This document shows, in pieces, positions 52,493 to 60,416 of a stretch of 64,000 nt of DNA. Every line of letters begins with the position of its first letter. Position 1 is the first letter of the stretch. This DNA is from Candidatus Bipolaricaulota bacterium (GTDB lineage: Bacteria; Bipolaricaulota; Bipolaricaulia; Bipolaricaulales; Bipolaricaulaceae): assembly GCA_014360985.1 (NCBI GenBank), contig JACIWK010000003.1, positions 1,061 to 65,060 on the forward strand, written 5' to 3'. Under the pieces are notes generated by a model that worked only from the letters and a program-made list of their open reading frames with translations, had not been told where the DNA came from and ran no database searches. Both the position numbers and the translations under genes were made by a program.

Positions 52493-53361
52493 CAAACATG
52501 ATATCCGCCGTTATCTTGACTTGGAATTCCGCGCGCTATATCGAGAGGTGCTTGCGAAGCCTCCTAGGGGATGCGCGGGGCACCGGGGTGGAGCTGGAGC
52601 TCTTCGTCGTTGATGGAGGATCTTCGGACGGGACGCCGCGAATTCTTTCCCGATTGGCCAAGGACATCCCCGGGCTCCGAACCGTTCAATTGGGGAAGAA
52701 TTTGGGAACGACTGTATCCCGCAACATCGCCATCCGGAAATCGCGGGGCGAGTACGTGCTCATACTCGACTCAGATACTGAAATCTTGCCCGGGGCGCTT
52801 GGGGTACTCTGCAGAGCACTTGAAGGAATACCTCGAGCAGGCATCGCTGCTCCAAGGCTGCTCTACCCCGATGGTTCAGTCCAACCTTCGTGTAAGCGCT
52901 TCCCTACCGCTCCTCTTAAGGTTTGTAAGTTTGTGCCGGTTTCGTGGCTACAGCGGCTTGGCGGTAAAGCTGAGCTCTATCCGCGTGAGGTCTACAATCG
53001 GGATTTCAAGGAGGTCCTACGCGTGGAACACTGCATCTCGGCCTGCTGGTTGGTCCGACGCGAAGCGATCGAGAAGGTTGGTCTGCTTGACGAGAGGATT
53101 TTCTACGCACCCGAAGACGTGGACTACTGCTTGCGAATGTGGCTTGCCGGATGGGAGGTCCTGTACGTTCCCTCTGCAGAGGTCGTGCACCATACCCAGA
53201 GACGGTCACACAAGAGCTTGCGGATGGCCTGGGTGCACGCAAGGGGACTCCTTTACTACTTCCGAAAGCATAGGTATTGGCTGAGCCAAAGAAGCCTCTA
53301 CCGCAGGATTAACAGGGCGGCGGCACAGCATGGGCTCCAGTCGCCGTTTGGCCTAAGCTGA
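52489..53361 (+). CDS. Glycosyltransferase family 2
   Basis: VILTWNS, VDGGS.DGT, LILDSD (DxD), DERIFYAPEDVDYC. Confidence 0.88.
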   Translation: MTNMISAVILTWNSARYIERCLRSLLGDARGTGVELELFVVDGGSSDGTPRILSRLAKDIPGLRTVQLGKNLGTTVSRNIAIRKSRGEYVLILDSDTEILPGALGVLCRALEGIPRAGIAAPRLLYPDGSVQPSCKRFPTAPLKVCKFVPVSWLQRLGGKAELYPREVYNRDFKEVLRVEHCISACWLVRREAIEKVGLLDERIFYAPEDVDYCLRMWLAGWEVLYVPSAEVVHHTQRRSHKSLRMAWVHARGLLYYFRKHRYWLSQRSLYRRINRAAAQHGLQSPFGLS

Positions 53362-53617
53362 TCCTAGCTGGCCGCGGGAGAATACCACTGGAACGATCAC
53401 GCGGTGTTGGGTCTTTACTTTCCGCATTCTTCTTCCTAGACTTCTTCCGCCGGGTCCACGGTGAGGGTCAGGACCAGCCGGGGGCAGACCCACAAGTAAG
53501 GTGGATGGCTTAGGAGCCACGCCGGGGAAGAGATTTGAGGGACACTCCCTCGACCACATCCTCGAGGAGATGAGCGCAATGGCAGACGCTGTCCAGAGAA
53601 GCAGTGGGGAGAGAGGG

Positions 53618-54694
53618 ATGCCTGGAGTCTTCGCAGTGATCATGGCCGGTGGGAGGGGCGAGCGGTTGTGGCCTCTCAGCACGCGGGAGAGGCCCAAGCA
53701 GTTCCTGGCGCTGGCGGGTGCTGGGACCATGCTCCAGGAGACGGCCGACCGGATCCGCCCCTTGGTCCCGGCCGAGCGCATGTGCGTCGTGGCCCTCAAG
53801 GAGATCGCGCACCTGGTCCGGGAGCAGCTCGACGTCCCTGACGAGAACATCCTAGTCGAGCCAATGGGGCGAAACACTGCCCCCTGCTTGGGCCTCGCTG
53901 CTGTGGTCCTGAGGGCGAAGGATCCGCAGGCGGTGATGATCGCCCTGCCCGCGGACCACGTGATCCGAGACCGTGATAGGTTCCTGACGATCATGAAGGC
54001 TGCGGTGAAGGTGGCCACAGGCGGCGACTATCTGGTGACCTTGGGGATCGTCCCGGATCGCCCGGCCGCGGGCTACGGCTACATCCGCCGCGGGGAGCTC
54101 TTCGCCAAGAGCGGCGATCTCGAGATCTACCGGGCCGAGCGGTTCATCGAGAAGCCGGATCACAAGACCGCCGAGCGGTTCATCGAGGAAGGAGGATACT
54201 ACTGGAACAGCGGGATGTTCGTCTGGCGGGTGGATGCCATCTTGAAGGCGATCACCGAGCAGATGCCCCACCTAAGTGCTGGGCTGTGTGAGATCAACGC
54301 CCATCTTGGCCGGGCAAGTTGGGCTGAGGTGGTGGAGCGGGTCTACCGGAACCTCCCGAGCATCTCCATCGACTACGGGGTGATGGAGCGGGCTTCCAAT
54401 GTGCTCGTGATCCCCGCTGAGATCGGCTGGAGCGATCTGGGGGACTGGTCTGCCTTGGGGGCCGTGATCCCCTCAGATTCCCAAGGCAATGTGGTTCGTG
54501 CCCGCCACGTGGGAGTAGAGACCGAGGGGAGCATCGTCTACGCAGACAATCCGGAACGGCTGGTGGCCACGGTGGGGCTCAAGGACCTGGTGATCGTGGA
54601 CACCGACCAAGGCCTCCTGGTCATGCCGAAGGCCCGGGCCCAAGAGGTCCGCAGGATCCTGGAGCTGCTGGGGAAACAGCAAGGCCCAGAGTGA
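53618..54694 (+). CDS. manC: Mannose-1-phosphate guanylyltransferase
   Basis: IMAGG.GERLWPLS....PKQFL, EP.GRNTAPC, PADHVI, FIEKP, WNSGMF, SIDYGVME, WSDLG.W. Confidence 0.92.
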   Translation: MPGVFAVIMAGGRGERLWPLSTRERPKQFLALAGAGTMLQETADRIRPLVPAERMCVVALKEIAHLVREQLDVPDENILVEPMGRNTAPCLGLAAVVLRAKDPQAVMIALPADHVIRDRDRFLTIMKAAVKVATGGDYLVTLGIVPDRPAAGYGYIRRGELFAKSGDLEIYRAERFIEKPDHKTAERFIEEGGYYWNSGMFVWRVDAILKAITEQMPHLSAGLCEINAHLGRASWAEVVERVYRNLPSISIDYGVMERASNVLVIPAEIGWSDLGDWSALGAVIPSDSQGNVVRARHVGVETEGSIVYADNPERLVATVGLKDLVIVDTDQGLLVMPKARAQEVRRILELLGKQQGPE

Positions 54695-54706
54695 GCAGGA
54701 AGATGG

Positions 54707-54787
54707 GCGGAATTGGAAAACCTACCTATCCTAGCCGCTGATCCGCAGATTGCCCGATATCTGGCAAAGATAAAGACCATCTGGTGA
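54707..54787 (+). pseudogene. 3' remnant of a PIN/VapC toxin gene
   Basis: AELENLPILAADPQIARYLAKIKTIW* aligns by eye with the end of the intact VapC at 59995 (AELEGLVVLTGDPQIAAYGVETLW*). Confidence 0.65.
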
Positions 54788-54936
54788 AGAGGGAAGCGGG
54801 ATCTTGGATGATCTGTTTGGGACCAGCCAGGCGGATGGGGCTGGCCCTGGGGCGGTGGGCTAGTTAGATACACGAGACAATCGATCAGTTGCTGGAACCT
54901 CCCCCCCTCGGGTCCGGGGTCATTAAGCCTTACCGG

Positions 54937-55062
54937 ATGCCCCTGGAGGAGCGAGAGGTGCTGGGCCGCCGCGGGCGGGAGTACGTGGAGGAGCACCACG
55001 ACATCCGGAAGCTGGTGGAGAGGTTGGAGCGCGTTCTGATGGACGTGGTCCATGGTCCGTAG
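54937..55062 (+). pseudogene. 3' remnant of a GT4 glycosyltransferase
   Basis: MPLEEREVLGRRGREYVEEHHDIRKLVERLERVL resembles GT4 C-terminal helices; stop codon supplied by a heptamer TAG. Confidence 0.6.
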
Positions 55063-55101
55063 TGCGTGGTCCGGAGGGAAGGGCTTGTGGCGTGTGGGGA
55101 A
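55046..55101 (+). repeat. G-rich heptamer arm (8 units)
   Basis: TGGTCCA TGGTCCG TAGTGCG TGGTCCG GAGGGAA GGGCTTG TGGCGTG TGGGGAA; first 25 bp are the exact reverse complement of 40638-40662. Confidence 0.85.
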
Positions 55102-55132
55102 ACCAGTCTGGGTTCCCGGAACCCAAAGGGCC

Positions 55133-55150
55133 GTCGGGGACAAGCCCCGA
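55133..55150 (-). repeat. REP unit A variant
   Basis: GTCGGGGACAAGCCCCGA is the reverse complement of 11372-11389. Confidence 0.7.
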
Positions 55151-55236
55151 GGCTCCGTTTGCTGGACCCCGTCCAGGTGACGGCCGGAAGATGCTCGGGC
55201 GGGTATCCCGGGGACGGGTAGCGGTAGAATGAAGGC

Positions 55237-55860
55237 ATGGCGGCCGGCGGGTGGTACCCCAGGTTCGGAAAGCGCGCGCTGGATCTGGTGCTTGCAGGCG
55301 TGGCGCTTGTGGTCCTTTCCCCTCTTGCGCTTGCGGTCGCCCTTCTCGTTTGGCTCACCAGGGGCTCGCCCATCCTTTTACGCCAGGTCCGGCTTGGCCT
55401 TCACGGGAAGCCGTTCGTGATGTGCAAGTTTCGCACGATGGCTGAACGCCGGGACGCGGCGGGGGAGCTCCTTCCCGATGCCGAGCGCCTACCGCCCGTC
55501 GGGAGGTTCCTGCGGAAGCTCTCCTTGGACGAGATCCCGGAGCTCTGGAACGTCCTCCGCGGCGACATGAGCCTGGTCGGCCCGCGCCCACTCCTCATGG
55601 AGTACCTCCCCCTCTACACCCCGGAGCAGGCGCGGCGGCACGAGGTCCGCCCCGGCATGGCCGGGCCGGTGATCATGCGTGGCCGGAACCTCCTCTCCTG
55701 GGAGGAGAAGTTCGAGCTCGACAGCTGGTACGTGGACCACGCAAGTCTCGCGGTCGACGTGGGGATCCTCGTCCGAACCTTCCTCCGCGTCCTCCGGGGA
55801 GAGGGGGTCAGTGCCCCGGGGGAAGCCACCGCTCCCAAGTTCCAGGGGGGGCGAGGGTAG
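55237..55860 (+). CDS. Monotopic phosphoglycosyl transferase (PglC/WbaP-like sugar transferase)
   Basis: KRALDL, RQVR.G..G.PF...KFRTM, LRKLSLDE.PELWNVLRGDMSLVGPRP, W..KFELD.WY. Confidence 0.92.
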   Translation: MAAGGWYPRFGKRALDLVLAGVALVVLSPLALAVALLVWLTRGSPILLRQVRLGLHGKPFVMCKFRTMAERRDAAGELLPDAERLPPVGRFLRKLSLDEIPELWNVLRGDMSLVGPRPLLMEYLPLYTPEQARRHEVRPGMAGPVIMRGRNLLSWEEKFELDSWYVDHASLAVDVGILVRTFLRVLRGEGVSAPGEATAPKFQGGRG

Positions 55861-56484
55861 ATGCCGGTCTGCGTGTTCGGCGCGGGCGGCCACGCCAAGG
55901 TGGTCCTGAGCACCCTCCGCGCCGCGGGCTACTCCGTAGAAGGGTTATTCGATGATGACCTGCGGAAACGTGGATCTCATGTGCTTGGCGTGCCCGTCCT
56001 CGGTTCGGTGGCGGAGGCCCGGGGAAGGGGGCCGGGACAAGCGGTGCTGGCGATCGGGGACAACCGAGCGCGACAGAGGCTGGCCACCGACTTCGTGGGC
56101 TGGGAGTGGGTGACGGTGGTTCACCCCCGGGCCTACGTGGACCCCTCGGCGGTGCTCGGCCCGGGGACGGTGGTGTTCGCCGGAGCGGTGGTGCAGCCCG
56201 AGGTCAGGCTTGGCGCGCACGTCATCGTCAACACCGGCGCGACCGTGGATCACGACTGCCAGGTGGACGACTACGTTCATCTTGCCCCGGGGGTGAGGCT
56301 CGGGGGGGCTGTATGCGTGGAGGAAGGGGCCCTCGTCGGCATCGGCACGGCGGTGATCCCCGGCGTCCGCATTGGAGCGTGGAGCGTGGTCGGCGCCGGG
56401 GCGGTGGTGGTCCGGGACGTCGCTGCCGGCTCCACCGTGGCTGGAGTCCCGGCGCGAGCACTTAAGGGAAGAAGGTCCGCATAG
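55861..56484 (+). CDS. PglD/NeuD-type sugar acetyltransferase
   Basis: FGAGGHAKVV, AIGDN..R, hexapeptide repeats, VDHDC, GVPA. Confidence 0.9.
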   Translation: MPVCVFGAGGHAKVVLSTLRAAGYSVEGLFDDDLRKRGSHVLGVPVLGSVAEARGRGPGQAVLAIGDNRARQRLATDFVGWEWVTVVHPRAYVDPSAVLGPGTVVFAGAVVQPEVRLGAHVIVNTGATVDHDCQVDDYVHLAPGVRLGGAVCVEEGALVGIGTAVIPGVRIGAWSVVGAGAVVVRDVAAGSTVAGVPARALKGRRSA

Positions 56485-56564
56485 TAGAGCGAGAACCTCC
56501 CGCGTACGCCAAGGAGGGCGCCGACGCAGGGGCGGGCGCACGGAATGGGCGGAACGCGGCCCAG

Positions 56565-56592
56565 TTGACGGACCAAGCGACTACCCTATACT
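56565..56592 (+). promoter_or_regulatory. Consensus-like sigma70 promoter of the hicBA cassette
   Basis: TTGACG-16 nt-TATACT. Confidence 0.75.
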
Positions 56593-56611
56593 GGCTCAGG
56601 GGGCATACGGG

Positions 56612-56845
56612 ATGCGACAGCGCTTCAAGGTCATCGTGGAGAAGACGGAGGACGGCTACGTCGCCTACCCCCTCGGACTTCGCGGAGTCGTCGTGAGCGA
56701 CGGGCAGACCTTCGAGGAAGCCTTGGCCAACATCAAACGCGCGATCGCATTCCACATCGAGACCTTCGGGCTAGATGCGCTCGGGGAGCTGGTCGCCACG
56801 GAGAACATCTACCTCGCTGAGGCCGAAGTTGCCGTAGATGTCTAG
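56612..56845 (+). CDS. HicB-like antitoxin (short form)
   Basis: VIVEKTEDGYVAY..GL.GVVSDG.T.EEAL.N.K.AI..H.E, 77 aa. Confidence 0.85.
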   Translation: MRQRFKVIVEKTEDGYVAYPLGLRGVVVSDGQTFEEALANIKRAIAFHIETFGLDALGELVATENIYLAEAEVAVDV

Positions 56846-57083
56846 ATTCCCTCACGACGCACCCAGACAACGGGTCCTAGCTGCGCTGGGGCGACTGGGG
56901 TTTGTGGTCGTGAGGGAAGCTGAGCACATCGCTCTTCAGCGGGTCAACCTGGATGGGAGCATTACCCCGATGACGATCCCGAATCACAGGGCCTACAAGG
57001 CAAGCACGTGGAGGGTCGTCCTCCGCCAGGCTGGGATCTCCCGGGAGGCGTTCTTGGAGATGTACGATGGACCGCGTTCGTGA
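56838..57083 (+). CDS. HicA-like toxin
   Basis: LGRLGF.VVR...HI......TIPNH......T...VL.QAGIS.E.F. Confidence 0.82.
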   Translation: MSRFPHDAPRQRVLAALGRLGFVVVREAEHIALQRVNLDGSITPMTIPNHRAYKASTWRVVLRQAGISREAFLEMYDGPRS

Positions 57084-57890
57084 CCGGATGCCGATGTCCG
57101 CCCCGGACATCTCCGAGGAGGACGTGCGGGCGGTGGCCGAGGTGGTTCGATCGGGCCGGCTGGCCCTCGGACCTCAAACGGAGGAGTTTGAACGACTCAT
57201 CGCCGAGTATGTCGGGGCGAAGCACGCCGTGGCGGTGAGCTCGGGGACGACGGCGCTCCACCTCGTGGTGCGGGCCCTGGGGATCGGCCCGGGCAATGAG
57301 GTCTTGGTCCCGTCCTTCACGTTCGCCGCCAGTGTGAACGTGATCCTCTACGAGCGAGGAACGCCGGTGTTCGTGGACATCGAACCGGATACGTACAACC
57401 TGGACCCGGAGGACCTCGCGCGCAAGATCACGCCCCGCACGAAGGCGATCCTCGCCGTGGACGTGTTCGGCCACCCGGCGGAATGGGACGCGATCCTGCG
57501 GATTGCGGGTAAGCACGGTCTGCGGGTGATCGACGACGCCTGCGAGGCCCTCGGCGCGGAGTACAAGGGGAAGAAGCTCGGCGGGTTCGGCGACGCGGCG
57601 ACGTTCGCCTTCTACCCGAACAAGCAGATGACCACCGGGGAGGGCGGGGTGGTCGTGACCGACGACGCGGAGCTGGCTTCCCTCTGCCGGAGCCTGCGCA
57701 ACCAGGGCCGGGGGGAGATGGGGTCGTGGCTCGAACACGAGCGGCTGGGGTACAACTACCGGATGACGGAGATGTCGGCAGCGCTCGGGGTGTCGCAGCT
57801 CGCGCGGATCGAGGCTCTCCTCGCCAAGCGGGACCGGGTGGCGCGGATGTACTCGGAGCGGCTTTCGGGCCTGGAGTTCGTCCGCCCGCC
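57067..57890 (+). pseudogene. DegT-family aminotransferase (PglE-like), truncated at the 3' end
   Basis: SSGTTALH, DDACEALGA, FAFYPNKQMTTGEGG, GYNYR; homology stops after LEFVRPP and the ORF runs on as nonsense to 58032. Confidence 0.8.
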
Positions 57891-58220
57891 AGCGCCTTCG
57901 TTCTCCCCTCGAAGCGGGAGGGGCTCCCCCGATCGGTGCTGGAGGCGATGGCGGCCGGGCTCCCCGTGGTGGTCACCGACGTGCGGGGCAACCACGACCT
58001 CGTCGAACACGGGAAGAACGGGTTTCTGGTGAAGGTCGGGGATGTCCACGGCCTCACCGAGGCGTTGGTCGCCCTGGCCCGGGACGGGAAGCTGCGAAGG
58101 CGAATGGGAGAGGACGGACGGGCCAGGGCGAAGGAGTACGCGTTGGAGCGGGTTCTCCAGGAGATGGGGACGATCTACGGGCGGTACCTCACACATGACG
58201 ATGAGGTGAACGGCGGATGA
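57888..58220 (+). pseudogene. 3' half of a GT4 glycosyltransferase fused out of frame to the truncated aminotransferase
   Basis: AFVLPSKREGLPRSVLEAMAAGLPVVVTDVRGNHDLV..G.NGFLV in a different frame. Confidence 0.8.
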
Positions 58221-59191
58221 TGACACTGGCGATCGTGGGCAGTTCGCTCTGCGTCTCTGCACTGGGCGCGTGGCTTCTCCTGCCGCAGCTCAGGGCGGCG
58301 GGGATGGTCGGCCGGGATATGAACAAGCCCAATCGGCCCGAGGTGCCGGAGATGGGGGGACTGGCCTTGGTGGCGGGGTTCGGGGCCGGCGTGCTGCTCG
58401 CGGTTGCCCTGGAGGCGTTTGTCCCAAGCCTCCTCCCGGTGGACTTCACCGCGCTGCTCGCCGTGCTGGGCACGGTCCTCCTCACCACCCTGGTCGGTGT
58501 GGTCGACGACCTCCTCGGGATGGGGCAGTGGGTGAAGGCGTTCCTCCCGCTCCTGGCCTCCCTCCCCCTCGTAGCGATCCGGGCCGGGCAGGTGACGATG
58601 ACGATCCCGTTCCTGGGCCAAGTGGACTTCGGCCTTCTCTACCCCCTCGTCCTCGTTCCCATTGGGGTCACGGGCGCCGCCAACGCCGCGAACATGCTCG
58701 CCGGGTTCAACGGCCTGGAGCTCGGCGTAGGCCTCGTGGCGATGGGATCGTTGGCGGGGATCGCGGCAGGCTTGGGTCAGATGACGGCCCTCGCCTTGCT
58801 CCTCGCTGGGCTCGGGGCAGGCCTCGGCCTCCTCGTCTTCAACTGGTACCCGGCGCGGGTGTTCGTGGGCGACGTGGGGACGCTCTCCATTGGGGCGATC
58901 CTCGCCACCGCGTGCATCGTGGGCGACATGGAGCTCGCCGGGGTGATCGTGATCGTTCCCTATGGGGTCGACTTCCTGCTCAAGGCGGTCCACCGGTTCC
59001 CGTCGCGGGGGTGGTGGGGGGAGCTGGGGGACGATGGGAAGCTGCGCTGCCCGGCCCACGGGCCGGTCAGCCTGCCCCAGCTCGTGATGAAGCTGGCCGG
59101 CGGGATCACGGAGCGGGCCCTCGTGGGGGTTCTCGTGGGGATCGAGCTCGTGTGCGGCCTGGGCGCAGTGGCCCTCTACCTGTGGCGCTGA
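58217..59191 (+). CDS. MraY/WecA/GPT superfamily HexNAc-1-phosphate transferase (GPT-like)
   Basis: GRDMNKPNRPEVPEMGG, GVVDD, NAANMLAGFNGLE, FNWYPARVFVGDVG. Confidence 0.85.
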   Translation: MMTLAIVGSSLCVSALGAWLLLPQLRAAGMVGRDMNKPNRPEVPEMGGLALVAGFGAGVLLAVALEAFVPSLLPVDFTALLAVLGTVLLTTLVGVVDDLLGMGQWVKAFLPLLASLPLVAIRAGQVTMTIPFLGQVDFGLLYPLVLVPIGVTGAANAANMLAGFNGLELGVGLVAMGSLAGIAAGLGQMTALALLLAGLGAGLGLLVFNWYPARVFVGDVGTLSIGAILATACIVGDMELAGVIVIVPYGVDFLLKAVHRFPSRGWWGELGDDGKLRCPAHGPVSLPQLVMKLAGGITERALVGVLVGIELVCGLGAVALYLWR

Positions 59192-59215
59192 TCCCCACCC
59201 CGGGGTCACCACCCC

Positions 59216-59240
59216 GGGGTCAGACCTTCATTCTTAGGGT
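59216..59240. repeat. 25-bp RAYT-associated repeat, preceded by a duplicated ACCCCGGGGTCA
   Basis: GGGGTCAGACCTTCATTCTTAGGGT identical to 60417-60441. Confidence 0.9.
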
Positions 59241-59255
59241 TGTTGGGGCAGCCGG

Positions 59256-59648
59256 ATGTCGATGAGGAGGGTGCGCTGGACCTTCGTCCTGGCATGGATG
59301 GGCTTCCTCGCGTACCTGAGCCTGGGGCGCGCCTACCCCCCGCCGATCGAGGGGGCGCTACGGATCACCGGGACAACGGTCCTCCACTTCGCGGGCTATG
59401 GGATCCTCGCCGCCGCGCTGGCGTGGGCCCTCGGGGGTCGGGCTCGGAGTCGCCTCGCTGCGCCCGCGCTGGCGTTCGCGTACGGTGCGGTGCTGGAAGC
59501 CCTCCAGCTCGCTGTCCCGGGGAGGACGGCTGACTGGGCCGACCTCGGCATCAACCTCGCCGGCGCCCTGACCGGCACGCTGATCGTCCTGCTCGCAATC
59601 CGCCTCTCCCACCGGGCTCGCCCAAACCGGGGCGAGACCCCAACGTGA
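59256..59648 (+). CDS. VanZ-like membrane protein
   Basis: LHFAGY, YGAVLE.LQ..VPGR...W.D...N..GA. Confidence 0.8.
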   Translation: MSMRRVRWTFVLAWMGFLAYLSLGRAYPPPIEGALRITGTTVLHFAGYGILAAALAWALGGRARSRLAAPALAFAYGAVLEALQLAVPGRTADWADLGINLAGALTGTLIVLLAIRLSHRARPNRGETPT

Positions 59649-59761
59649 GGTCCATCTTCAGCAGAGCCGCGCCGTCGCCCCACACCTCAGGGAGCCAAGA
59701 CCCGAGGGGTTGACTTAGTCTTGGCCTTAGTCCAACCTCGTCCACGAGGAGGTGGACGAGC

Positions 59762-59998
59762 GTGACGCTGCGGGTGAACGTGCATGAGGCCAAGACGCAC
59801 CTCTCGCGACTTCTGGCGCGCGTCGAGGGTGGGGAGGAGGTGGTGATTGCCCGCGCGGGCAGGCCGGTTGCGCGGCTCGTCCCGATCTCGGAGCGACCGG
59901 ACCGACGTGTGCCGGGAACCGCTCGGGGAAAGATCACGATCGCGCCTGACTTTGAGGCTCCGCTTCCGGAATCCGTGCTGCGGGAGTTCGAGGAATGA
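59762..59998 (+). CDS. Phd/YefM antitoxin
   Basis: VNVHEAKTHLSRLL.RVE.GEEVVIARAG.PVARLVP. Confidence 0.92.
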   Translation: MTLRVNVHEAKTHLSRLLARVEGGEEVVIARAGRPVARLVPISERPDRRVPGTARGKITIAPDFEAPLPESVLREFEE

Positions 59999-60381
59999 AG
60001 TGCCTCTTGGACACACACGTGTTCCTATGGTGGGTGGCTGGGGATCGGCGGATCTCGCCCAAGGCGCAGGAGATCATCACCGACGGGCGCAACACGCTCT
60101 ACCTGAGTGCGGCCAGCGGGTGGGAGATCGCGATCAAGGCGGGACTGGGGCGGTTGCTCGTGGCCGACGAGCTCGAGCGGTTCATACCCGAGCAGATGGC
60201 CCTCAACGGGATCGAGGGACTGCCGGTGGCTCTCACTCATGCCCTGCGCGTCGCGGCTTTGCCTCTCCACTACCGCGATCCCTTTGACCGTCTCCTCGTC
60301 GCCCAGGCGGAGCTCGAGGGTTTGGTGGTCCTCACCGGGGACCCCCAGATCGCGGCATACGGGGTAGAGACGCTGTGGTAA
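59995..60381 (+). CDS. vapC: PIN-domain VapC toxin
   Basis: LLDTHVFLW, SAASGWEIAIK, H.RDPFDR.LVAQA. Confidence 0.92.
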   Translation: MKCLLDTHVFLWWVAGDRRISPKAQEIITDGRNTLYLSAASGWEIAIKAGLGRLLVADELERFIPEQMALNGIEGLPVALTHALRVAALPLHYRDPFDRLLVAQAELEGLVVLTGDPQIAAYGVETLW

Positions 60382-60416
60382 AGCAACTATCCGATCTTCA
60401 TCATCCGCGCACCGCC

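Noticed and set aside
55220-55231. ops/JUMPStart-like AGCGGTAGAATG in the polysaccharide locus
   Set aside because: Fully explained by the TAGAAT -10 box of the leaderless pglC-like gene; no JUMPStart context.
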